Of a stretch of DNA of 16,938 bases, positions 1-8,855 are shown piece by piece (within the stretch, counting starts at the first letter, position 1; each line of letters opens with the position of its first letter). The stretch is taken from contig JBJCIZ010000826.1 in the NCBI GenBank assembly GCA_051294375.1, positions 2,624 through 19,561 of the forward strand, read 5' to 3'. The stretch is from Paraspadella gotoi (Eukaryota; Animalia; Chaetognatha). The notes under the pieces were generated by a model, which worked only from the letters and a program-made list of their open reading frames with translations, ran no database searches and was not told the DNA's origin. Made by a program: the position numbers and the translations under genes.

Positions 1-79
1 TCAACCCTAACCCTAAATCACCTCAACTCAACCCTAACCCAAAATCACCTCAACCTTAACCCTAATCCAAGTTTAGTTA

Positions 80-200
80 AGGCAAAATAACCATAATACG
101 GATGCTTAATAGAGTTCAGTGCCAAATCACCAAATGACTTTACTATTTGGCGATTTCGCAGTGAACTACATCTAGCATTCTAGTTATGATGATTTCGCCT
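80..200. repeat. Imperfect inverted repeat (hairpin core)
   Basis: 114-135 vs reverse complement of 145-166 match 19/22; 80-97 vs reverse complement of 183-200 match 14/18; 9-nt central loop. Confidence 0.85.
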
Positions 201-225
201 AAACAAAACTAAAATTGACAAGTAG

Positions 226-1590
226 GAGTAGGGTTAGGGTTAATGTAGCTTAGGGTTGAGTTGTTTAGGGTAAGGTTTAAGTTCAGTTTAGAGTTAACGT
301 TATTGTCAATATTAGGGTTAGGGGTAGAGTGGGTGTTGTTAATGTTTAGAGTTAGGGTTGGGTAGTTTAAGGTTCGGGCTAGGGTTGAGTAGTTTAGGGC
401 TCGGGTTAGGGTTGAGTAGGGTTAAGATTGAATAGTTTAGGGTTAGGGTTGAGTAGTTTAGGGTTTGAGTTGAGTAGTGTAGGGTAAGGGTTGAGTAGTT
501 TCGGGTTAGGGTTGAGTAGTTTAGGGTTTGGGTGGAGGAGTTTAGGGTAAGGGTTGAGTAGTTTAGGGTTAAGGTTGAATAGTTTAGGGTTAAGGTTGAA
601 TAGTTTAGGGTTAGGGTTGAGTACTTTAGGGTTAGGGTTGAATAGTTTATGGTTAGGATTGAGTAGTTAAGGGTTAGGGTTGAGTAGTTTAGGGTTTGGG
701 TTAGGGTTGAATAATTTAGGTTTTGGGGTGACTAGTTCAGGATTAGGGTTGGTAGTCTTAGGGTTTTGGTTGTGTATTTAGGGTTGGGCATGAGTAGTTT
801 GTGGTTTGGTTAGGGTTGAGTAGTTTAGGGATTTGGTTTGAGGATAGTTTAAGTGTTAAGGGTTTAGTAGTTTAGGGTTAGGGTTGATAGTTAGGGTTAG
901 GGTTGAGTAGTTTAGGGTTTGGGTTAGGTGAGTAGTTTGGTTTGGAGTGACTAGTTCAGGATAGGGTGAGTAGTTTAGGGTTTGGTTGTGTAGATTAGGG
1001 TTAGGGTTGAGTAGTTTAGGGTTTGGAGTGAATAGTTCAGGATTAGGGTGAGTAGTTTAGGTGTTGGGTTGTGTAGATTAGGGTTAGGGTTGAGTAGTTT
1101 AGGGTTTGGGTAGGGTTGAGTAGTTTTGGGTTAGGGTTGAGTAGTTTAGGGTTAGGGTGTAATAGTTAAGGTTGGGTTAGGGTTGAGTAGTTTAGGGTTA
1201 GGGTTGCGTTGAGTAGTTTAAGGAGTAGTGTTATTGAGAGAGTGAGTTTAGGGTTAGGGTAGTGTTTAGGGTTTGGCGTTAGGGTTTGGGAGAGGATGGA
1301 GTGACTAGTTCAGGATTAGGGTGAGTAGTTGTAGGGTTTGGTTGTGTTAGATTAGGGTTGGGTTGAGTACTATTATAAGAGAGAGTTTGGAGTTAGGTTG
1401 AGAAGAATTTATGGGTTAGGGTTGAGTAGTTAGGGTTAGGGTTGAATAGTTTAGGTTTTTGCGTTTGGTTTGAGAGTAGATTTAGGTTAGGTTTGGTAGT
1501 TTAGGGTTTGGGTGGAGTAGTTTAAGATTTGGGTTAAGTAGTTTAGGGTTGAGTAGTTTAGGGTTAGGGTTGAGAGTTAGGATTGGGGTT
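226..1590 (+). repeat. Composite telomere-like minisatellite (TTAGGG/TTTGGG hexamers interspersed with TTGAGTAGT)
   Basis: Dozens of TTAGGGTTGAGTAGT units with 0-2 extra hexamers; extreme G/T strand bias. Confidence 0.97.
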
Positions 1591-1659
1591 GAGGCACGGA
1601 GATGTACGGGAGGCCCAGATTATGGTTGGGGGAGAGGCACGGCGTTGAACGGGAGGCCC
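1591..1659 (+). repeat. Two-copy GC-rich direct repeat GAGGCACGG-N6/7-ACGGGAGGCCC ending the G arm
   Basis: Copies start at 1591 and 1634; the same doublet is at 7585 and 7626. Confidence 0.85.
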
Positions 1660-2621
1660 GGAGAACTGGGAAATGAAATAATTATTTTACTTGGTTGGGA
1701 GGTTAGGTAAAAGTAAATGTTTTCTATAACCCTAAGCAAGGGTTATGATTATAATTTACCTTAGGGAGAGGGGGTTTTTGTTCTAGTAAACCTTACCCTA
1801 TTAGTATGTCTCGCTAAGTTGCCAATATAGCAAAGCCCTGAAAACATGGACAGCAGTTATCATTTCACTTTTGTCAATGTACTAGAACCACCATAACAAT
1901 AACAAAAATTGTAAGGACAATGTTATTTCAGCAAAATTTTGCATTCACTGTTGAAGATTTTACAATCGGTAATTTTTTTCTCGATTCTTTCGATTATGTA
2001 TAAAAATATCATTACATGGGGGGGAAAAACCTTTTTATAAACGAACCTTAACCCTAACCTCCAAAGTACTATTACCGTTCACCACTTCAAACCTTAACTA
2101 CCCCTAACCCTATGCCAATACATGAGAAGTCGTTATGACTGTGGTGAGAATGGTACATTCCCCTTGGGATTGGTTGAATGAAGTTAGAAGTGAAGCAATA
2201 TAAATATAAATATACAGGTTAGTGATTGAAAACTTAGAAAATCCGTATAACTTTTTTTTTTTTATTTTGTTACGCATTGGGTGCATTTAAAGAAAACAAT
2301 TTTAATTGAAGATACTTAACCAGACCGTGTTCTAAGTATTAATGCAATGCGACAAGCACTGCTGCAAAAACCACTCCTGCCACAGCACCCAAAAGAATCA
2401 CAGCTGATTGAGCCACATCTCGGAGACGGTTTATTGATATTTTGGTTGAAAGTCATGTGGGTATCCCCCTTTAAAATGCCTTAGCACAGTTTAGGGGAAT
2501 TAGATGTAGATATTATCAGACCCAAAAATCATTCGGTCAAAAATTAAAATATTGCTGCAGCTGTAAACTTAATTTTTTCAGCTTTATACAACAATGCCCT
2601 TTGTTACAGACATGCATAATA

Positions 2622-2753
2622 GAGTGGAGCACTCAAGAACAAAAAAATTATTTGAATGATCGAACAAGGATATTTAGATGTGAGATTGTATGATTAATTA
2701 ATACAAAAATATTTTGTTCATATTGTCTCGGGAACAGAATAGTAAAATATAAT
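2622..2753 (+). repeat. Left terminal inverted repeat of TIR element (duplicate copy)
   Basis: Same sequence as 8615-8746; inverted match to 10995-11138. Confidence 0.8.
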
Positions 2754-2820
2754 TTATTTGTAATAATATTCTTATAAAATAATGAATTTTAAAAATAAAT
2801 TTTTAAAAACTTTTATTAAA

Positions 2821-2870
2821 GATTCAGATTCTTCATAAATGAATTCAGATTCAGATTCTTCATAAATGAA
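2821..2870. repeat. 27-bp tandem duplication at the truncated 5' LTR edge
   Basis: GATTCAGATTCTTCATAAATGAA occurs at 2821 and 2848. Confidence 0.9.
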
Positions 2871-3611
2871 CTGTTCACGCAACCGTTACAACCGTATCAA
2901 CCAAGCGACTCTCTCTCTCTCTCAATGTATTGTTATATCGAATGGTCACTTAGTGAAACCAGACGTAGTCTTTTATTCCCGTTTCTCTCGTTTTACTTAT
3001 TATTGAAGAATACATTCATTCTTGCTTTGAACCTTATCTCGATCATTGCCACACGTGGTGAGCGAGGAGACAAGACTTTTCAAGTCTAAATCCCTGGCAG
3101 AGGCATTGAAACCATCTCAGTAGATCGTCGCCTCAAGCCAGCCATTAATCAAGGAAGACGCCCTCCTACTCCTCAAGCACGTCCACGTGGACGACCTCGA
3201 AAAAACCTCTTTCCTCCTGTTCCAATTATTCCATCACCCATTCCACCACCACCCTCCATCATTCCCATCCTCAACCGTCCGGCAAGTTCGATTCCGAATC
3301 TGGTCAACTTACTACCCTCTATGCTTCAACCGCTTGAAGATCAAGAGGAATAAAATCAACTATTCTCATAAGCCTTCGTCCCACCGGGCCAAAGGCTTGG
3401 TGGGGCGATGTGTGGCAACTCGAATGAACTGTTCACGCAACCGTTACAACCGTATCAACCAAGCGACTCTCTCTCTCTCTCAATGTATTGTTATATCGAA
3501 TGGTCACTTAGTGAAACCAGACGTAGTCTTTTTTTCCCGTTTCTCTCGTTTTACTTATTATTGAAGAATACACTCATTCTTGCTTTGAACCTTATCTCAA
3601 TCATTGCCACA
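2865..3611 (+). mobile_element. Miniature LTR retroelement (TRIM-like internal-deletion derivative of a Gypsy/CsRn1-like element), copy 1
   Basis: 5' LTR 2865-3053 lacks the first 12 bp. 3' LTR 3411-3611 has TGTGGCAA...TTGCCACA ends. The LTRs differ by 3 substitutions in 189 bp. PBS start TGGTGA at 3056; purine-rich tract GGTGGGGCGA before the 3' LTR; integrase-tail remnant inside. Confidence 0.9.
3060..3410 (+). pseudogene. Gypsy integrase C-terminal remnant with AT-hook motif
   Basis: Translates ERGDKTFQV*IPGRGIETISVDRRLKPA...ARPRGRPRKN, matching the xxDRLKPA motif of Gypsy integrase tails. In-frame TAA at 3087 is present in both copies. Confidence 0.8.
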
Positions 3612-4347
3612 GAATCAAAAATATAAAACGTAATCAAAAATTCTGTCATCTTCGGCGTTTAAAACGGAAAAAAAGATAAAAATTTATAACTTTTTTATTC
3701 TCTCTAATAAAAACTTATATATGTTAAAACGTTTTAATCATTTTTTGTAATCTTAATATTAAAATATCATGTAACATATTTTATAAGTTTCTTATTTTTT
3801 ACAGCGAATCCAAATCTTTTTATATAATTGAATTTACTATACTATTATACTAAAAAGATTTTTAAAAAGATTTAAAATTTATTAATTATATGTCCAGCCT
3901 CCAGGCAGCAAAAAAATAATGTTCAATCTTTTCATCACTCCACCCTAATGCATAATAACCCCAAGAGTATTGGCTTTTTATACATGTAAAAAAATTGAAT
4001 CTCAGAACAATATAGTAAACTGCAGCAATGGATTTTTGCCCAGTAGCAAAAATATAAGGAAGTGAAGAGACAGTAATAATTGATAAGTGTTAATGACAGA
4101 ACCGTTCAATATAAGCAGTCCCTGAGCTTCGGATCAGGCTGTAACACCATGTTGCAGGCGGGTTAAGCGCCCCGTCCATCTTAACTGCCAGACGACCACC
4201 GGACCTTTGGGTTGGGAGACGAATGACTTGCCTCCAGCACCAATGGCCGCTGATGAACGGTTGGTGGATTTTAGTCCACCATAGAAGTATTTTTCTTTCA
4301 TCAGTTGTTGATTTCATAAGCTCACAGAGATGGTACTCAACCAAAGA

Positions 4348-4372
4348 NNNNNNNNNNNNNNNNNNNNNNNNN
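4348..4372. other. Assembly gap (25 N)
   Basis: Run of 25 N. Confidence 1.
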
Positions 4373-4617
4373 GTAAACTTGATATGACATGAAAATAATA
4401 ATAATAAAATATTTTCTCAGCAGGTCCATAAATATAAATGATGAGATAAATTAATAGCTTAATTTTATATTCGAAGTCTGGGATTTTGCGCTCGGTTAAT
4501 TGTTTTCGTTTCTGCTATGCAAAAAAAAAGACACTGTAAGGGCCTTACCAGTATCTTTTTTATACCTTTATAAAAGGGGTAGAAAAACTTTATATTACAA
4601 ATTTTATTTTCGAAACC

Positions 4618-4700
4618 TCCCTAACCCTAATTACTTTTAGTCCCTAACCTAACTGCCCCTAATCCCTAACTACTCCTAATCTCTAATCACCCTTAACCCC
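4618..4700 (-). repeat. Short degenerate CCCTAA-type cluster
   Basis: CCCTAACCCTAA...CCCTAACTACTCCTAA; same motif family as the large array, on the opposite strand. A similar cluster lies at 2046-2112. Confidence 0.75.
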
Positions 4701-4808
4701 ATTGCTAACCGGTTAAAAAATATACATAAAAATATTGTTTTTCCATTCATTTATTTGTTTGAGTAGAAAATGGTATTCTGTATACGAGTTTTATTAAGAA
4801 ACATAAAA

Positions 4809-4852
4809 TTCGGACAGGTTCGGCTTAATGTAAGCCTCATCAGCGCAAAACG
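4809..4852 (-). ncRNA. Degenerate minimal hammerhead ribozyme motif (inverted partner of 4899-4946)
   Basis: Minus strand reads CTGATGA-GGCTT-ACATT-AAGCC-GAACCTGTC; the core GAAA is altered to GAAC. Confidence 0.55.
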
Positions 4853-4900
4853 TTTTAAACTTCAAAGTCTGTGAAAATATTGGTTTTATAAATCAATTCG

Positions 4901-4947
4901 TTTTTGCACTGATGAAGGCTTACATGGAAGCCGAAACATGTCCGAAA
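4901..4947 (+). ncRNA. Minimal type I hammerhead ribozyme motif (Penelope-like-element type)
   Basis: CTGATGA (4909-4915), stem II GGCTT/AAGCC, GAAA (4933-4936), palindromic ACATGT helix III, GTC cleavage triplet ending 4942. Stem I is weak (TTTTG/CGAAA, offset by 2 nt). Confidence 0.75.
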
Positions 4948-5440
4948 TACATTTTCTACCTCAACATAAAAATAGCAATTTGTGGCAAGCTGCAAGCTGC
5001 CTCAATGGCGCAGGTTGGTGAGATACCTGCGCCCCGGGTATCACAGGCATTCCTCCCATTGCCATAAATTGAAAATAAATTAAACAATTATTATAAAAAA
5101 AATTGTTATTACTGCGTAAAAAAAATGTATTTACTGCGCAAAAGTGAGACTCGACGCTAGAGAAAATAAAATTAAATGGATTAAAAAGCCCTGAGACGCG
5201 ATGGGTACATAAGGTTGGTTGCGGTCGTCGAATAATAAAGTTTAAAAAATTTCTAAAAAAAAGAGATCTCAACTCGCACCCTATCGTTGGATATTTGCTG
5301 GTCTCATTCCAGATAGAAATTTATTTTACTTTTGTGGACTTGTTGGCGGATCACTGTAGCAAGAAAGATAAATTTTCAAAACGAATAAAGAGAGCTCGAT
5401 GTAGTTTCATGCGAAATTCGCCAAATGCGAACATTTTTGC

Positions 5441-5766
5441 CATAACTTGACCCTCGACTCCATTCTTATAACCTCCTTACCCTCACCCATCAAAAGCCAG
5501 AAAGACGCCATTCCTAACTTCCGATTAGGGCTATAAAACTATTCCCTATCACCTAACCTCCCAGCCTCTATATTAGGAAAGCAACGTCACTCTTAAGAAG
5601 TTAAGGATATAATAATTACAATGTTAAGCAGAGTTAGGATTGGAATTTTGTTTTAGGGATAAGAGGTTGAGACGTTTGGGATAGCAAAGTAGTTGTCAAA
5701 CCCTAGCGGGGGTTATATCGACGAGCTGGTGAAGGTTAATAATGATTTAGCGGTTCAAGGCCATGG
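5441..5766. repeat. Older, diverged C-rich/G-rich fold-back segment
   Basis: C-rich left half and G-rich right half switch near CTTAAGAAGTTAAG (~5600); patchy inverted similarity at the ends. Confidence 0.4.
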
Positions 5767-5790
5767 AGGCTGGAGGCGTGAGCGCCGACG

Positions 5791-7651
5791 CTTCCCGTGC
5801 ATCAGTCCCTAACCCTAACCCTTGTCCCGATCCTAACCAGCTCTCCCAGCTCTACCCCTAACATTAAACCATTAACTGTACTTAAATCACCCTAACTCTG
5901 ACTTACTTCAACATTAAATTTGCTACTCAAACCCTTTACTACTACCAACCACCTAACCTAACCAACCAACGTCAACCCTAACCTAATCACCTCACTCAAA
6001 GCCACTAACCCCAAAATCACCTCAACCTTAACACCTAATCCAAGTTTTAGTTAAAGGCAAAAATAACCATAATACGGATGCTTAATAGAGTTCACTAAGC
6101 CAAATCACCAAATGACTTTACTATTTTGGGGCGATTTTCCGCAGTGAACATAGCCATCCTAGCATTCTAGTTATGATGATTTCGGCCTAAACAAACTAAA
6201 ATTGACAAGTAGGAGTAGGGTTTAGGGGTTAATGTAGCTTAGGGTTGAGTTGTTTAGGGTAAAGGTTTAAGTTCAGTTTAGAGTTAACGTAATTGTCAAT
6301 ATTAGGGTTAGAGGTAGAGTAGGGTGATTGTTATATCGTTTAGAGTTAGGTTGGGATAGTTTAATGTTCGGTTGGCAAGGGTATGAGTAGTTTAGGGCTC
6401 GGGTTAGGGTTGAGTAGGGTTAAGACTGAATAGTTTAGGGTTAGGGGTTTGAGGGAGGTTTAGAGGCGTTTTGAGTTGAGTAGTGTAGGGTAAGGGTTGA
6501 GTAGTTTCGGGTTACGGTTGAGTAGTTTACGGGTTTGGGTGGAGAGTTTAGGGTAAGGGTTGAGTAGTTTAGGGTTAAGGTTGAAATAGTTTAGGGTTAA
6601 GGTTGAATAGTTTAGGGTTAGGGTTGAGTAACTTTAGGGTTAGGGTTGAATAGTTTATGGTTAGGATTGAGTAGTTAAGGGTTAGGGTTGAGTAGTTTAG
6701 GGTTTGGGTTAGGGTTGAATAATTTAGGTTTTGGGTGACTAGTTCAGGATTAGGGTTGAGTAGTTTAAGGGTTTGGGTTGTGTAGTTTAGGTTAGGGTTG
6801 AGTAGTTTAGGGTTTGGGTTAGGGTTGAGTAGTTTAGGGATTTGGTTGAGTAGTTTAAGGTAAGGGTTTAGTAGTTTAGGGTTAGGGTTGAATAGTTAGG
6901 GTTTAGGGTTGAGTAGTTTAGGGTTTGGGTTTAGGGTTGAGTAGTTTAGGGTTTGGAGTGACAGTTCAGATTAGGGTTGAGTAGTTTAGGGTTTGGTTGT
7001 GTAGATTAGGGTTAGGGTTGAGTAGTTTAGGGTTTGGAGTGACTAGTTCAGGATTAGGGTTGAGTAGTTTAGGGTTTGGGTTGTGTAGATTAGGGTTAGG
7101 GTTGAGTAGTTTAGGGTTTGGGTTAGGGTTGAGTAGTTTTGGGTTAGGGTTGAGTAGTTTAGGGTTAGGGTTGAATAGTTTAGGTTTTGGGTTAGGGTTG
7201 AGTAGTTTAGGGTTAGGGTTGAGTAGTTTAGGGTTAGGGTTGAATAGTTAGGGTTAGGGTTGAGTAGTTTAGGGTTTGTGGTAGGGTTGATAGTTTAGGG
7301 TTTGGAGTGACTAGTTCAGGATTAGGGTGAGTAGTTTAGGGTTTGGTTGTGTAGATTAGGGTTAGGGTTGAGTAGTTTAGGGTTTGGGTTAGGGTTGAGA
7401 GTTTTGGGTTAGGGTTGAGTAGTTTAGGGTTAGGGTTGAATAGTTTAGGTTTTGGGTTAGGGTTGAGTAGTTTAGGGTTAGGGTTGAGTAGTTTAGGGTT
7501 TGGGTGGAGTAGTTTAAGATTTGCGGTTAAGTAGTTTAGGGTTGAGTAGTTTAGGGTTAGGGTTGAGAGTTAGGATTTGGGGTTGAGGCACGGAGATTAC
7601 GGGAGGCCCAGATTATGGTTGGGGGGAGGCACGGCGTTGAACGGGAGGCCC
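5791..7651. mobile_element. Telomere-like fold-back element, copy 2 (apparently complete)
   Basis: C arm 5806-6040, hairpin core ~6050-6190, G arm ~6214-7582. Non-telomeric inverted ends CCGTGCATCA (5795-5804) and TGAGGCACGG (7584-7593) match 9/10. Confidence 0.6.
6214..7582 (+). repeat. Composite telomere-like minisatellite (TTAGGG + TTGAGTAGT), copy 2
   Basis: 15/21/27-bp units; recurring variants TTTGGAGTGACTAGTTCAGGA and TTGTGTAGA. Confidence 0.97.
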
Positions 7652-8855
7652 GGAGAACTGGGAAATGAAATAATTATTTTACTTGGTTGGGAGGTTAGGT
7701 AAAAGTAAATGTTTTCTATAACCCTAAGCAAGGGTTATGATTATAATTTACCTTAGGGAGAGGGGGTTTTTGTTCTAGTAAACCTTACCCTATTAGTATG
7801 TCTCGCTAAGTTGCCAATATAGCAAAGCCCTGAAAACATGGACAGCAGTTATCATTTCACTTTTGTCAATGTACTAGAACCACCATAACAATAACAAAAA
7901 TGTAAGGACAATGTTATTTAGCAAAATTTTGCATTCACTGTTTGAAGATTTTACAAATCGTAATTTTTTTCTCGATTCTTTCGATTATGTATAAAAATAT
8001 CATTACATGGGGGGGAAAAAACCTTTTTTATAAACGAACCTTAACCCTAACCTCCAAAGTACTATTACCGTTCACCACTTCAAACCTTAACTACCCCTAA
8101 CCCTATGCCAATACATGAGAAGTCGTTATGACTGTGGTGAGAATGGTACCATTCCCCTTGGATTGGTTGAATGAAGTTAGAAGTGAAGCAATATAAATAT
8201 AAATATACAGGTTTAGTGATGAAAACTTAGAAAATCCGTATAACTTTTTTTTTTTATTTTGTTACGCATGGGTGCATTTAAAGAAAACAATTTTAATTGA
8301 AGATACTTAACCAGACCGTGTTCTAAGTATTAATGCAATGCGACAAGCACTGCTGCAAAAACCACTCCTGCCACAGCACCCAAAAGAATCACAGCTGATT
8401 GAGCCACATCTCGGAGACGGTTTATTGATATTTTGGTTGAAAGTCATGTGGGTATCCCCCTTTAAAATGCCTTAGCACAGTTTAGGGGAATTAGATGTAG
8501 ATATTATCAGACCCCAAAAATCATTCGGTCAAAAATTAAAATATTGTGGCAGCTGTAAACTTAATTTTTTCAGCTTTTATACAACAATGCCCTTTGTTAC
8601 AGACATGCATAATAGAGTGGAGCACTCAAGAACAAAAAAATTATTTGAATGATCGAACAAGGATATTTAGATGTGAGATTGTATGATTAATTAATACAAA
8701 AATATTTTGTTCATATTGTCTCGGGAACAGAATAGTAAAATATAATTTATTTGTAATAATATTCTATAAAATAATGAATTTTAAAAAATAAATTTTTAAA
8801 ACTTTTATTAAAGGTCAGATTCTTCATAAATGAATTCAGATTCAGATTCTTCATA

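Larger units (their letters stand above)
1..1660. mobile_element. Telomere-like fold-back element, copy 1 (left end outside window)
   Basis: CCCTAA-type repeats 1-68, imperfect hairpin core 80-200, G-rich arm ~226-1590, GC-rich terminal doublet 1591-1659. Confidence 0.6.
1..4347. repeat. Copy 1 of ~4.35 kb direct duplication (matches 5972-10326); probable assembly artefact
   Basis: Collinear near-identity with 5972-10326. Differences are mostly 1-nt indels, and the copy ends exactly at a 25-N gap. Confidence 0.95.

Noticed and set aside
226-1590. CRISPR array or true chromosome end
   Set aside because: Spacers are invariant and there are no cas genes. The array is flanked by non-repeat sequence on both sides, so it is interstitial in this assembly.
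1-1590. Telomere-telomere fusion scar
   Set aside because: Polarity is CCCTAA then TTAGGG, the reverse of a fusion.
3408-3626. 72-aa ORF (also 9397-9615) as a standalone gene
   Set aside because: Lies almost entirely within the LTR; no recognisable domain.
4977-4986. AATTTGTGG Sm-site-like motif suggesting an snRNA or SL RNA
   Set aside because: No U1 5' sequence or spliced-leader sequence upstream; a short match is expected by chance.
5007-5067. HDV-like ribozyme
   Set aside because: The 9-bp stem closes only a 9-nt loop, so the nested double-pseudoknot topology cannot be built.
6997-7251. 84-aa LGLGLSS-repeat ORF
   Set aside because: By-product of repeat units that are multiples of 3; no ATG start or coding evidence.
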